Notes: a model not told the origin generated them from the sequence alone. DNA of 64,000 bases from Ignavibacteriota bacterium (GCA_963701295.1 OY969585.1:2688001-2752000); one strand, 5' to 3'; shown: positions 20,240 through 31,346, numbered from the stretch's first letter. Numbers and translations are program-made.

Positions 20240-20410
20240 ATGATTGATTCATCGACATGATCGAAACTTAAATCAATTGTTGGTCGGGATAATTATTTTG
20301 ATTCGCATGAATACAAACTCGTGTATTCCTATAATGAAACGCCTTTAAAGAATCTTGAACAGATCAAAAAAGTTCTTGATTCTGGTGTGGGGCATTTACC
20401 TGAATTTTAG
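20240..20410 (+). pseudogene. remnant of GlcD-like FAD-linked oxidase
   Basis: MIDSST*SKLKSIVGRDNYFDSHEYKLVYSYNETP (N-terminus-like) joined to LEQIKKVLD; upstream TTGCAT-N17-TATCTT promoter. Confidence 0.5.
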
Positions 20411-20427
20411 CAACAATAGGTTGAACA

Positions 20428-21099
20428 ATGATACCATTAAAAGATAGAATTCCTCGAAGACGCTTTCCTATCATTACCATTCTTCTGATTGCTGTGAATA
20501 TTCTTGTCTTCTTTTACGAGTTATCGCTTGGTGTAAAATTAGAAGGATTCTTTTACCACTTCAGTGTAATCCCAAATCATATATATCAAGCTCTTCATGC
20601 TGAAGTATTTAGACCATTTGTTTTTATTACTTTGATTACATCATTATTTATGCACGAAGGTTGGCTGCACCTTGGCGGCAATATGCTTTATCTCTGGATT
20701 TTTGGTGATAATGTGGAGGACAAACTTGGTCATATTCGATTTCTCGTTTTCTATCTTCTTTGTGGAATCGCTGCATCAGCACTCCATTTTTATTTTGAGC
20801 CGACTTCAAATACTCCAACTATTGGAGCGAGCGGAGCTATCTCCGGCATACTTGGTGCGTATATTCTCATGTTTCCAAAAGCACGAATTCTAACATTAAT
20901 TCCTATTTTTATATTTATTAAAATAATGGAACTGCCTGCATATATTATACTTGGTCTATGGTTTGTACTGCAATTTCTTAATGGTCTGTTGTCATTGAGA
21001 TATGCGGCTGCAGGCATGGGTGGAGTTGCATGGTGGGCACATATAGGTGGATTTATTGCTGGGCTGTCGCTTGTGATTCCATTCAGGAAGTATCGATAA
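20428..21099 (+). CDS. rhomboid intramembrane serine protease
   Basis: MIPLKD, HLGGNMLYLWIFGDNVED, GASGA, AHIGGF. Confidence 0.94.
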   Translation: MIPLKDRIPRRRFPIITILLIAVNILVFFYELSLGVKLEGFFYHFSVIPNHIYQALHAEVFRPFVFITLITSLFMHEGWLHLGGNMLYLWIFGDNVEDKLGHIRFLVFYLLCGIAASALHFYFEPTSNTPTIGASGAISGILGAYILMFPKARILTLIPIFIFIKIMELPAYIILGLWFVLQFLNGLLSLRYAAAGMGGVAWWAHIGGFIAGLSLVIPFRKYR

Positions 21100-21375
21100 A
21101 CCTACGATGTAGCAAAATGGAGGTAGGCGTGATTTATAGGAATCGATATTTCAAGCGATGATTTACTTAAATTGCATTCATTATGGACTATACTTTCCAA
21201 ACTGTTCTACATATTCACTTATTATGGTCTTTAATGATCATCACCGTGTGGACTTATTCGGTTAATCTAGGTAGTTGCTGAAGGAACGTTATGTGTTTTA
21301 TTTGAAGATTTGAAAGAGTATTTTGTAGAGAACCAAACTTTAACATCTTCACTAAGCTATGAAAGAAGGAATACT

Positions 21376-22212
21376 GTGAAAAAAAAGACACCTCCCAAAG
21401 CATATCTTAATCTTGAATTCCTTAATAGTCCGAGTGCCCGTCCAATTCGCTTGCTTTCTGAACTCCTTGAGCCGCAGCAGCAACTTCGACGGGAAGGAGT
21501 AAAAGACACCATCGTTTTTTTTGGCTCTGCAAGGTTTAAATCTAAAATGCAATGTAGTAAATTGTTAAAGGATCTAACAATAAAGCTAAGGGAATCAAAG
21601 ATAAAACATGAAAATATTCAACAGTTGATAGAAGATGCAAAAGCTGATTATCAAATGTCTCAATTCTATGAAGATGCTGTCCGGCTCTCAAAAAAGCTTA
21701 CTCAATGGGCGCAGACTCTGCAACAACCATTTAGATTCGTTGTTTGTTCGGGCGGTGGTCCAGGCATTATGGAAGCAGCGAACAAAGGAGCAGCTTTAGC
21801 GAAAGGAAGATCTATCGGGTTTAATGTAAGTCTTCCTTTTGAGCAGATTGCCAATCCTTATATCACACCAGAGTTGAATTTTGAATTCCATTACTTCTTT
21901 ATGCGAAAATTCTGGTTCGTGTATTTAGCCAAGGCATTCGTGATGTTTCCTGGTGGTTTTGGGACGATGGATGAATTAATGGAGGTGCTAACACTTGTAC
22001 AAACACAAAAACTTAGGAAGAAAGTGACTATTCTTCTGTATGGAAAAAAGTTTTGGAATGAAGTATTGAATTTTGATGCCTTGATGAAGCATAGAGTTAT
22101 TAATCTTGAGGATCTTAAGTTATTTCACATTGTTGACACACCTGAAGAAGCATTTACTCATCTCGTAAAGGAATTGCGGTTAAATTATCCATTAGAAACA
22201 GCATCATCTTGA
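21376..22212 (+). CDS. LOG family (TIGR00730-like) nucleotide phosphoribohydrolase
   Basis: FFGSAR, SGGGPGIMEAAN, FFMRK, PGGFGTMDE; GTG start after AAGGA. Confidence 0.9.
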   Translation: MKKKTPPKAYLNLEFLNSPSARPIRLLSELLEPQQQLRREGVKDTIVFFGSARFKSKMQCSKLLKDLTIKLRESKIKHENIQQLIEDAKADYQMSQFYEDAVRLSKKLTQWAQTLQQPFRFVVCSGGGPGIMEAANKGAALAKGRSIGFNVSLPFEQIANPYITPELNFEFHYFFMRKFWFVYLAKAFVMFPGGFGTMDELMEVLTLVQTQKLRKKVTILLYGKKFWNEVLNFDALMKHRVINLEDLKLFHIVDTPEEAFTHLVKELRLNYPLETASS

Positions 22213-22226
22213 TATAATTGTAAAAT

Positions 22227-22255
22227 TTGGATTTACCGACTGCATTTCATATATT
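22227..22255 (+). promoter_or_regulatory. tmRNA promoter
   Basis: TTGGAT-N17-TATATT. Confidence 0.5.
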
Positions 22256-22286
22256 TATTACAAGCTTCAGTTCGATATTCTTTGTT

Positions 22287-22654
22287 GGGGGTGATTTGGC
22301 TTCGACGGGGATGAGGAAGCTTAAGACTGCATGCCGTGGTCGCCGTGTCCACGATAAAAAGCGGCAAACACATAAGTGCAAATTACAATTACGCACTGGC
22401 TGCCTAATAACATTAGGTAACCCGTTCACTTAGATTTGGCCCATCAAGTTTGGGATGAACGTCGCTTCTATGGGATAGCTTATTCTTGTACTCGAGGAGA
22501 ATGAGTAAATCCGTTGAAAGACGGATCACTTGAGTTGGCGTAAGGTAAATCCAGCCTGGCGGAGCTCCCTTGCGCGAGATCAAAAGTCAGGATACGCATG
22601 TAGATGTTTTAGGAGTCTTCTCTTCGGACCGGGGTTCGACTCCCCGCACCTCCA
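22287..22654 (+). ncRNA. ssrA: tmRNA, tag (A)ANYNYALAA; CCA not encoded
   Basis: GGGGGTG/CACCTCC acceptor stem with G3.U, GGCTTCGAC, GGTTCGACTCC T-arm, tag ORF from 22378. Confidence 0.96.
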
Positions 22655-22839
22655 CGCAAATTGGAGCTGTACGATAAAATGTCCTGCCATAAAACATTAT
22701 AAACAGAATACGCTAAAACAAAAAACTTTTATTCCATCGAACAGAATTCCTTTCAATGTATAATTTAATTTGGTCGGCTCAGGCATTCAAAATGTAAAGT
22801 TAAGCGGTCATGCAGTCGCAGCATTTGTAGGGAATCTAA

Positions 22840-23757
22840 ATGTATAAAAAACAAGAAATAGGAATAATTTTAAATCCTGAAGCTGGCCGAGGACGAGCAA
22901 GAAAAATCAGAAACCGTTTAGTATCTTACCTAGAAGAAAAGAAAATTCCATTTCAATTAGAACTTACAAGAGGACCTGAACATGCAAAAGAAATAGCTTA
23001 TAGAATGAGCAAATTTTTTAAGATGATTGTAGCTGCTGGTGGAGATGGGACTGTGAATGAGGTCGTATCAGGAATTGTAGGAAGAAAAACTGCGATCGCA
23101 ATTTTACCAATAGGATCAGGAAATGATTTTAGCAAAGTAATTGGAATACCTAAGAAAATAGATTATGCTATAGATGTTATAATAAATGGAACAAGGAAAT
23201 CACTGGATTTAGGCAAAGTCAGTTATTGGAACAATTCTGGTGGGAAAAAAGTAAGATATTTCATCAATACGCTTGGCATGGGACTTGACGCAGAGATTGC
23301 AAAAGAAACGAAGCAAATAAATTTTCTAAGTGGGCTGCCACTTTATTTTTGGGCAGCAATAAAAGCAATTCAGAAGCATTCTCCGAATGAATATAGAGTA
23401 ACTGAAAGAAAGAAGACAAAAGTTATACGTGCCTTCTTTATATGCACTGGAAATGGATGTTTTGAGGGAGGTGGATTTAAACTTTTGCCCAATGGCAATC
23501 CTAACGATTCACTATTGGATATTTGCATTCTCGGAGTAATGCCAATACATAAAGCAATTGGTATTATACCAAAACTTATTAATGGTACACATGAAAATCT
23601 ACAAAAAGTTTCAATGTGGAAATCCAGGAAATTTATTGTCGAAGCAAAAAACACATTTATCCTTCATGGTGATGGCGAGATATTTGAAGAGAACACTATA
23701 CGAGCGAAGGTAGAATTGGCGCCAAGTCAAATACGCTTTATAATACCGAAGGAATAA
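22840..23757 (+). CDS. diacylglycerol/lipid kinase family (YegS/BmrU)
   Basis: NP.AG.G, GGDGTVNEV, GSGNDF, GDGE. Confidence 0.92.
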   Translation: MYKKQEIGIILNPEAGRGRARKIRNRLVSYLEEKKIPFQLELTRGPEHAKEIAYRMSKFFKMIVAAGGDGTVNEVVSGIVGRKTAIAILPIGSGNDFSKVIGIPKKIDYAIDVIINGTRKSLDLGKVSYWNNSGGKKVRYFINTLGMGLDAEIAKETKQINFLSGLPLYFWAAIKAIQKHSPNEYRVTERKKTKVIRAFFICTGNGCFEGGGFKLLPNGNPNDSLLDICILGVMPIHKAIGIIPKLINGTHENLQKVSMWKSRKFIVEAKNTFILHGDGEIFEENTIRAKVELAPSQIRFIIPKE

Positions 23758-23810
23758 TCAAATGAGCTATAATGTATATTATGCAGAATAGCTTATTCCC
23801 CTTTTTCTTC

Positions 23811-26075
23811 TTAATCTTCTTCTATCGGCATTTTCGATTCAATTGAAGTGCTATATGCTTTAAGAACATCATCGATGGATAAATCGATCATCTTGCTTAT
23901 CTGCAGTTGCCGCCTCTTTGTAACGATTCCAATTTGTTTTGCATCTATAGAAAATCTTTTTGCCTCCATCAATATACTTGTAAAATATTTTGGATTACAT
24001 GAAACTATAACTCTTGACTGAGATTCTCCGAATAATAGGAAATCATGCCGAGTATTTGCTAAACTGTTTATTTCAATCTGGCATCCTACTTCTATTGAAG
24101 CATTGAAACTTTCTACCAATGTTACGGCCATTCCGCCATCTGAGACATCGTGCATAGACTTAGCAAACCCTTGGATAGCAAGAGTTTGACATAGTTTGTG
24201 AAGACGCGATTCATATTCTAAATTTAGATGTGGAGCATCACCAAGAATCTCTTTCTGTCTCATTGCAAGATATTCCGAGCCGCCGACTTCACCATGATTA
24301 ATACCCAATTCTATGATTAAGTCGCCAGGTGTCTTAAATTCTGCGTTTATTGCGTTATCTACATTATCCAACAAACCTAGCATACCTATGACAGGCGTAG
24401 GAATAATTGCTCCATTTGGTCCTTCATTATAAAAGCTGACGTTTCCTCCAGTAACAGGTGTCGAGAACGCAATACATGCTTCTTTCATGCCAGCAATCGC
24501 TTCTACAAATTGCCAATAAATTTCAGGATCATAAGGATTACCAAAATTCAAACAATTTGTTATTGCGATTGGTTTAGCTCCGACACAAGCGACATTTCTC
24601 GCTGCCTCTGCAACTGCTATCTGTGTACCACGTCTTGGGTTTAAATACACAAAACGTGCATTACAATCAGTTTTAAGAGCTAAAGCCTTATTTGTTTCTT
24701 TTAAGCGAATTACGGCGGCATCTGAATCTGATAGTCTAACACTATTCGACCGCACCATGGAATCATATTGTTCGTACACCCATCGTTTACTGGCTATCGA
24801 TGGTCGTTTCACCAAGTCGATTAACGTATTATTTAAATCCTTTGGAATTAGCAAGGAAGACGAATCAAATTTTCTGCATTTTTCAATGTATTCAGGTACT
24901 CGCGTTTCTCGAATATAAACTGGTGCTCCTCCTCCAAGGACAAGCGAATCAGCAGGAAGGTTTGCAACAACTTCATTATTCAATCTGATTGTTATAGCTG
25001 AATTATTCTCGACTATACCTATTATCTCGGATTCTATATCCCACTTATTAAAGATGTTAGCGATTTCTTGCTCGTGTCCATTCTTGACTATAAAAAGCAT
25101 TCGCTCTTGTGACTCTGATAGTAAAATTTCATAAGGCGTCATTTCCTTTTCGCGTAGAGGAATTCTTTCCAGGTCAATGGTCATTCCGGATTTGCCCCTT
25201 GCACTCATCTCCGACGTGGAACAAGTAATACCTGCAGCACCCATATCTTGCACTCCGACAATATATCCGCTTTCTATTGCCTCTAATGTAGATTCGAGTA
25301 ATATTTTTCCTGCAAATGGATCACCTACTTGGACTGACGACTTCTTTGCTTCAGATTGTTCAGAAATTTCTTCCGATGCAAAGGTAGCTCCGTGAATTCC
25401 ATCACGCCCAGTTTTTGAACCGACGATCATAACTATATTTCCTTGCCCTTTTGCAATTGCTTTAGTAACTTTCTTGTGCTCTACAATGCCGACAGCCATA
25501 GCATTTAAAATTGGATTATCTCTGTAAGAATCGTCAAAATATACTTCACCGGCCACAGTTGGAACGCCAAAGCTGTTTCCGTAATCAGCTATTCCTTTCA
25601 CGACACGTCTAAATAAATGTCTGACTTTTTGATCTGTCAGCTCACCGAATCGCAGAGAATTCAGTACAGCAATGGGTCGAGCTCCCATCGAGAAAATATC
25701 TCTGAGGATACCTCCAACTCCCGTTGCAGCACCTTGATATGGCTCAACAGCTGAAGGATGGTTATGGCTTTCTATTTTGAAAGCAACTGCCAGGCCATCT
25801 CCTATGTCAACAAGTCCAGCATTCTCTTCTCCAGCTTCTACTAACAAATGTGGACCTTTCCGTGGTAATGTTTTCAACTGGGCAATCGAATTCTTATAGC
25901 TGCAATGTTCGCTCCACATGACACTAAAGATACCTAATTCGGTAAATGTCGGCACACGGCCTAATATTTCATTAATACGGTTATATTCTTCCTTTAAAAG
26001 TCCATGCTCAAGTGCAAGCTCTAGCGTGACTTTGGGATCCTCGCCTCTACTCGGTTGATTCTTTGCTCTTTTCAT
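23811..26075 (-). CDS. purL: phosphoribosylformylglycinamidine synthase subunit PurL
   Basis: [30 protein letters not shown]. Confidence 0.96.
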   Translation of the reverse strand: MKRAKNQPSRGEDPKVTLELALEHGLLKEEYNRINEILGRVPTFTELGIFSVMWSEHCSYKNSIAQLKTLPRKGPHLLVEAGEENAGLVDIGDGLAVAFKIESHNHPSAVEPYQGAATGVGGILRDIFSMGARPIAVLNSLRFGELTDQKVRHLFRRVVKGIADYGNSFGVPTVAGEVYFDDSYRDNPILNAMAVGIVEHKKVTKAIAKGQGNIVMIVGSKTGRDGIHGATFASEEISEQSEAKKSSVQVGDPFAGKILLESTLEAIESGYIVGVQDMGAAGITCSTSEMSARGKSGMTIDLERIPLREKEMTPYEILLSESQERMLFIVKNGHEQEIANIFNKWDIESEIIGIVENNSAITIRLNNEVVANLPADSLVLGGGAPVYIRETRVPEYIEKCRKFDSSSLLIPKDLNNTLIDLVKRPSIASKRWVYEQYDSMVRSNSVRLSDSDAAVIRLKETNKALALKTDCNARFVYLNPRRGTQIAVAEAARNVACVGAKPIAITNCLNFGNPYDPEIYWQFVEAIAGMKEACIAFSTPVTGGNVSFYNEGPNGAIIPTPVIGMLGLLDNVDNAINAEFKTPGDLIIELGINHGEVGGSEYLAMRQKEILGDAPHLNLEYESRLHKLCQTLAIQGFAKSMHDVSDGGMAVTLVESFNASIEVGCQIEINSLANTRHDFLLFGESQSRVIVSCNPKYFTSILMEAKRFSIDAKQIGIVTKRRQLQISKMIDLSIDDVLKAYSTSIESKMPIEED

Positions 26076-26105
26076 GTTTTGATATTTACCTTCTAATTAA
26101 GATAT

Positions 26106-26681
26106 TTAAATCTCACTAATTTTTAGTAATTCATCATTTCGTTCAACTGTTGCACCTGGTTGGACGAATACCGATTCTATTTTGCATTGCTGCAATGTTC
26201 TGATTTCATTTTCCATTTTCATAGCTTCAAGCACGAGCAGTACACCACCCGTTTGTACAATCATGTCCTGATGTGCTAATACTTTTGTTATTAATCCCGG
26301 CATCGGAGCACGGAGTGTGATCGATTTTGAAATATGGGGTTTCCTGAGTAGCCACGATTGCGCGACCAAGGATCGTTGATCATCAACAATCGCTTGCATC
26401 AGTGAACCATTAACATTGACTTGAAGTTTCGAAGATAATCTCGTCGATGCCGTTACTGATTGGCTCTCATGGCAGTCTGAGATCGTTATTTCAAAACTGG
26501 AGTCAAATAAATTCAAGATATACACATCATCTTTGATCTTTCGAAAATCGATTGTATGTGTTACATCATTTACCATTACGCTTTTTCCATTACTTACGCA
26601 TACTTTATAAATATCATTATGTATGTTGACTAAGTACTCTCCTCTATTTAGCGTAACCCACTTATTCGTCTCTTTTTCCAT
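26106..26681 (-). CDS. biotin carboxyl carrier protein (start uncertain)
   Basis: APMPG and EAMKMENE biotinylation motif. Confidence 0.88.
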   Translation of the reverse strand: MEKETNKWVTLNRGEYLVNIHNDIYKVCVSNGKSVMVNDVTHTIDFRKIKDDVYILNLFDSSFEITISDCHESQSVTASTRLSSKLQVNVNGSLMQAIVDDQRSLVAQSWLLRKPHISKSITLRAPMPGLITKVLAHQDMIVQTGGVLLVLEAMKMENEIRTLQQCKIESVFVQPGATVERNDELLKISEI

Positions 26682-26824
26682 TCTGATTCCTTCTTGACAA
26701 AGTTTTGCTTGGGATGCCTGCGAGGTATTGTTCCATGCTGAACCAATGCAGCTATAATAGCAGCTACCATACGTTCGTTCTTCAATTCGTCTTGTTCTTT
26801 GTGTTGTTCATTTATCTTTGACAT
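26648..26824 (-). CDS. 58-aa peptide resembling a carboxylase C-terminal tail / epsilon-like subunit
   Basis: Manual translation MSKINEQHKEQDELKNERMVAAIIAALVQHGTIPRRHPKQNFVKKESEWKKRRISGLR*; ATG 7 bp after the mutS2 stop. Confidence 0.55.
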   Translation of the reverse strand: MSKINEQHKEQDELKNERMVAAIIAALVQHGTIPRRHPKQNFVKKESEWKKRRISGLR

Positions 26825-26831
26825 ATGTTAC

Positions 26832-29201
26832 TCATTTGAATTCAACAACAGTTACACCTACGCCCCCCTCGTTCCATTCACCTAATCGGAAAGTCTTTAT
26901 ATGCGGATATGTTTGCAGAAACTCCCCTATTCGTTTTCGTAATGCGCCTGTGCCTTTACCGTGAATGATATCAACACGATGTATGCCTGCCACATATGCA
27001 TTGTCGAGGAAAGTCTGCGCTTGTGCAATTGCATCATCACCGAAGAGTCCTCGGAGATCAATTTCGTTTACAGCTTCTAGAGAAGTGATAGTAGAAGCTG
27101 AAACTATGTGTTGCACGTGTTTTTCATGTTCTTTATGCAAATCGGTCAGGACAATTCGCAAGCGTGTATTGCCGCAGAGGATAATTGCATGCTTGCCATG
27201 AATCTCTATAACTTCAGCGAGTTCGTGACCATCGCGAATTTTGACTAAATCACCTTTTTCAATTAGTTCATTGTTCTGGGGGACTAACTGTTCTTCCACA
27301 GTGATCTTTTGCAAATCTTCGCCAAGCTTCTTAAGCACCTGACGAGAAGAGCGGACAATTTCTCGTTCAGCGCCACTTTCACGTATCTCTTTTATTGAGC
27401 GCTCTACTTTTAGGTGGGCCTGTTGGACGATTTCTTTTGCCTCTTCTACAGCTTTTTTTCGAATAGTCCCTAACTCGTGCTTTAATTGTGTCATCTTTTG
27501 TTCGTAGGATAGTACTAGCGATTCCAATCGCTCTTTTTCCTTTGATGTTTCGCGGAGCTGACGTTGGTATTCCTGCGATTGCCGTTCAAGTTCAAGGAGA
27601 AGCGATTCGAGCTTTATCTTTTCATCACCCACTTGCATGCGTGCTTGATCTAAAAGACTGTGCGAGATTCCCAATCGCTCGGCAAGTTCAAAAGCATAGC
27701 TACTGCCCGGTACACCGCTTCGAAAGCGATATGTTGGCCGTAACGATTTTTGATCAAATTCCATGGAAGCATTGCTCATACCAGGTGTTTCGTGTGCAAA
27801 CGCTTTAAGCACACCGTGATGTGTTGTGGCAATAGTTATTGCTTTTCGAGCAGTAAGCTCCTTCAGTACTACAGCCGCTAATGCACTTCCCTCAGATGGG
27901 TCTGTTCCTGCGCCAATTTCATCAATGAGTACCAAGGAAGACTTATCTGCCTCCTCGAGGATGTGACGAAGAGAAATGAGATGAGAACTAAACGTGCTGA
28001 GATCGTTTTCGATAGATTGGTCATCACCAATATCGACAAAAATATTTTGAAAGGGGAACACTTCTGACTCAGAACCAGCGGGAATATGAATACCGGCTTG
28101 TGCGCATAATGTCAAGAGACCGACTGTTTTCATCGCCACAGTTTTGCCGCCGGCATTTGGACCGGTAATGACAAGTGTTTCCTCATCTTTACCAAGTTCA
28201 ATAGTAAGTGGTACTACAAGTTCTCTTTTAAGATGTCGTAAAAGAATAGGATGTCGCGCATCATGTAATTTTATTCTAGGTGTGGATGTTAGGGACGGAG
28301 GATTTCCGATAATTTCAATCGAATATTTAGCACGTGCAAAAATGACATCAAGTTCAGTGAGAGCAGCGAAACTCAATTCAAGAGGTTCGCGTATGTCACT
28401 AACTTGCTTTGTAAGATCAGTAAGTATCCGATAGATCTCATGATGTTCACGGAGTTGGAGTTCTCGCAGTGTATTGTTGAACGCAAGTGATTCAGCCGGT
28501 TCGATAAATACAGTTCCACCGCTGGCAGATGTAGAATGAATGAACCCAGGTACCTTATACTTATATTCTGCTTTAACAGGAATGACCAAACGACCATCGC
28601 GCGTTGTGATAATATCTTCTTGGAGAAATTCCTGCTCAGAGACTTGCCGAAGAATTGATTCCAATCGTCGTCTCAATGCATCGGTTGCCGAAATGATCGA
28701 ACGTCGAATCTCCCGTAATTCCCGGCTTGCTGTATCTTTTACAAATCCGTGTTCGTTCAGCGCTTCATTGATATGGTGCTCAACAATTTTATCCGAAAAT
28801 AACTGTTCGTGATATATGCCGATAGATGGATATAGTGCAGCACGTTTTGCAAGAAATGTTTTCAGTGTACGTGAAACGCGAATCGTGAGTGCGATTTCTA
28901 ACAGTTCTGCCACCGTGAGAACCTGATTCTCGACAGTAGTTTTCTTCAATGCAACAATAATGTTTTTAAATCCTTCCAGCGGAATAGTCCCTTCAGCAAT
29001 GAGCAATTCTTTTGCTTCCGAGACTTTTCTTAATTCCAATTCGATTGTATTGCGGATAGTCTGCGGAACTAGCCGGAGAGTATGCAGACGACCTGACTCA
29101 GAAACAGCAAGCTCGCTTATTCGCTCAACGACTGTATGATATTCCAACTTGCTTAAAGCTGCAGCAAAGCTTGGTGGAAGATTTAAAGGCTTTTGTGACA
29201 C
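26832..29201 (-). CDS. mutS2: endonuclease MutS2
   Basis: ITGPNAGGKT, LSTFSSH, DEIGAGTDP, C-terminal Smr IIHGKGTG. Confidence 0.96.
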   Translation of the reverse strand: MSQKPLNLPPSFAAALSKLEYHTVVERISELAVSESGRLHTLRLVPQTIRNTIELELRKVSEAKELLIAEGTIPLEGFKNIIVALKKTTVENQVLTVAELLEIALTIRVSRTLKTFLAKRAALYPSIGIYHEQLFSDKIVEHHINEALNEHGFVKDTASRELREIRRSIISATDALRRRLESILRQVSEQEFLQEDIITTRDGRLVIPVKAEYKYKVPGFIHSTSASGGTVFIEPAESLAFNNTLRELQLREHHEIYRILTDLTKQVSDIREPLELSFAALTELDVIFARAKYSIEIIGNPPSLTSTPRIKLHDARHPILLRHLKRELVVPLTIELGKDEETLVITGPNAGGKTVAMKTVGLLTLCAQAGIHIPAGSESEVFPFQNIFVDIGDDQSIENDLSTFSSHLISLRHILEEADKSSLVLIDEIGAGTDPSEGSALAAVVLKELTARKAITIATTHHGVLKAFAHETPGMSNASMEFDQKSLRPTYRFRSGVPGSSYAFELAERLGISHSLLDQARMQVGDEKIKLESLLLELERQSQEYQRQLRETSKEKERLESLVLSYEQKMTQLKHELGTIRKKAVEEAKEIVQQAHLKVERSIKEIRESGAEREIVRSSRQVLKKLGEDLQKITVEEQLVPQNNELIEKGDLVKIRDGHELAEVIEIHGKHAIILCGNTRLRIVLTDLHKEHEKHVQHIVSASTITSLEAVNEIDLRGLFGDDAIAQAQTFLDNAYVAGIHRVDIIHGKGTGALRKRIGEFLQTYPHIKTFRLGEWNEGGVGVTVVEFK

Positions 29202-29267
29202 TATGGATTCTGCGTCCTATCGGCCTTCGCTATTTGCCCAATGTTTCAATCTTGTTTTTCGGTTCCG

Positions 29268-29825
29268 TTAATGTTCGTTGGATCGGGGAAGAATTTTATT
29301 CCCTTTAGTCTTATCAATGGAACTAGGCGTCCCCACTTCCTTAAGTTTATCGAGCACATCAGGTACGACAGTCGATGTCATGTCCAAAATCTGTGGAGCG
29401 ATATTCACAACTGACTTATAGAACATGGAATAGCGTTTTGTTTGATAGTCAGGGAAATCAGACATTGCAAAAATATAGAGAAGTGAACTAACCAATAGTG
29501 CACCTTCAATAAAGCCCAGGACTATTCCCCCGATACGATCCGGGATTCCACCAATCTTATAACTTCCGGTAAGAGTTTTATAAACCAAGCTTTGTATGAT
29601 AAATAAACCGAAAAATATTAATAAGAAACCATTCACTGGTGCATCTTCATGGCTTATTCCACCACGGCCGGCTAAAATATTCTCGACATCACGCATAAAT
29701 AGATGCCCTAAAATGAGGCCGGCAATGAGTACAATGATCGCAACAAGTTTCCGTACGATGCCGTCACGTACTCCAAGCAAAATAAAAAAAAGGATTGGAC
29801 CACCGATTAAGATGTCGAGTAGCAT
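29268..29825 (-). CDS. cvpA: CvpA family protein
   Basis: Four TM segments, G..DG, DRIGG..G; next to mutS2. Confidence 0.8.
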   Translation of the reverse strand: MLLDILIGGPILFFILLGVRDGIVRKLVAIIVLIAGLILGHLFMRDVENILAGRGGISHEDAPVNGFLLIFFGLFIIQSLVYKTLTGSYKIGGIPDRIGGIVLGFIEGALLVSSLLYIFAMSDFPDYQTKRYSMFYKSVVNIAPQILDMTSTVVPDVLDKLKEVGTPSSIDKTKGNKILPRSNEH

Positions 29826-29829
29826 AGAG

Positions 29830-30279
29830 TTATTCTCCTAATTGTTGTTTGACTACTTCCTGAACGACTTTTCCATCAATTTTACCTTTCAGATCTTTCA
29901 TCGCTATAGGCATCACCTTTCTGAAATCCTTCAAAGATTTTGCACCGATATTTTCGATTATTTTCTTGATAATTACTTCAACCTCTTCCCTGCTCATTTG
30001 TTTCGGAAGATAGGTACTGATAATATCAAGTTCACGTTTTTCTTGATCTGAGAGATCCTTCCTTCCAGCTTTTTCGTACATTTCAATTACATCTTTGCGT
30101 TTCTTTGCCGCTGCAAGAAGAGCAGTCATTTCTTCTTCTGGAGTAATGCTTGTACCGGTTCCACGTTTTGAAAGTTCAATTAATTGTGCTCGGATAGACC
30201 GAATGGTGTTTAACTTAACACTGTCGCCGGATTTCATTGCAGCTTTTAGGTCTTCAGTGATCATTTCTGTAAGAGCCAT
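29830..30279 (-). CDS. GatB/YqeY domain protein
   Basis: DLKAAMKS, KKRKD..Y..AGR.DL, YLPKQMS. Confidence 0.92.
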   Translation of the reverse strand: MALTEMITEDLKAAMKSGDSVKLNTIRSIRAQLIELSKRGTGTSITPEEEMTALLAAAKKRKDVIEMYEKAGRKDLSDQEKRELDIISTYLPKQMSREEVEVIIKKIIENIGAKSLKDFRKVMPIAMKDLKGKIDGKVVQEVVKQQLGE

Positions 30280-30583
30280 TGATGTTCCTTATCCTTGGTC
30301 ATGCATGCAACAACATGCTTCAAATTAAATTTGAATTGACCACTGTTTATATTAAAAAATATTATATATGATGACTATATAATAAAAATACAAAATAATT
30401 GTCTTACCTGCTATCAAAAGAGCAATCCGATTTTACATATACACAATTTCTTCCATAAACTCGTCTAAGGACTCAATCGGATATCATTTTATATATACCA
30501 TAACAATAAGGCAAAGAATGACTATCAAGTCGAGTTTAAAAGTAAGGATAGAGAGAAAGGATGTGTGGAATTAATCAAAGGAT

Positions 30584-30614
30584 GCCCACTGTTCCCAAAC
30601 AGCGGGCATTTCTT
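30584..30614. terminator. intrinsic terminator-like hairpin
   Basis: TGCCC.CTGTT/AACAG.GGGCA stem next to the stop of 30617..30916. Confidence 0.6.
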
Positions 30615-30616
30615 TC

Positions 30617-30916
30617 TTATTGTATTTCAATAAGCGTCGCATATCGAGCTTTGCCATCTTTCAAGAAGGTCTCAAGCCGATTCACCAATTCTTCGCCACT
30701 TTCAGTGGTTCCATCCTCAAGTGTTTCGTATTCTTCTACCGAATTGCAGATAAATTCTTCCACGAAAAAGTTCTTTTTTCCTTTTTGTTCAAAGATAGTG
30801 TAGTTCTTCTTTTGCTCACCGGAAAAATGGTTCTTTAGTTCTGTGGCAAGAGCAAGATACTCTTCACGATTCTCTGGTTTTATCTCATATGATATCTGGA
30901 GAATGACTTTTGGCAT
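30617..30916 (-). CDS. hypothetical protein (possible dimeric alpha+beta barrel)
   Basis: 99-aa ORF, ISYEIKPE.REEY..FVEEF pattern. Confidence 0.7.
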   Translation of the reverse strand: MPKVILQISYEIKPENREEYLALATELKNHFSGEQKKNYTIFEQKGKKNFFVEEFICNSVEEYETLEDGTTESGEELVNRLETFLKDGKARYATLIEIQ

Positions 30917-30935
30917 AGGTTTCTTTCTTTATTTG

Positions 30936-31323
30936 TTAGTGTAATGATTTAAAATTCATCATGGCGCTTCGGATTTGCGCTTCATTCATTCCAAAGTAAT
31001 GGCCCAATTCATGGAGTAATACTTCACGGATTTGTTCACATACTTCTTTATCATTTCGACATACAGATTCAATATTCTTTTGGTACAATGAAATCTTATC
31101 AGGAGTTGTCGGATTTACACCGTAACCATGTTCCTCGATGCATCAAAGGCACCCCCTGATATAAACCCAAGAGTGATGTTCTGCTCGAATGCGTTTGTCT
31201 AGTTTCTTCTTCACCGGGATACTCTTCCACCACGATGTGGACATTATCAATTTTATCACCAAAAACAGTCGGTAGATCGTTAAACACTTCTTCTGCTATC
31301 TCCTCAAATTTTTCGCGTGTCAT
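30936..31323 (-). pseudogene. DUF1025/zincin-like metallopeptidase with 1-nt frameshift
   Basis: LLGLYQGVPL in one frame; PDKISLYQ..VLLHELGHYFG in the next; extra base near 31124. Confidence 0.8.
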
Positions 31324-31346
31324 CGCATTTAACTAAGCCACTTTAT

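Noticed and set aside
22655-26100. AT-richer stretch after tmRNA as an integrated island
   Set aside because: No duplicate tmRNA 3' end or integrase found; contains housekeeping purL
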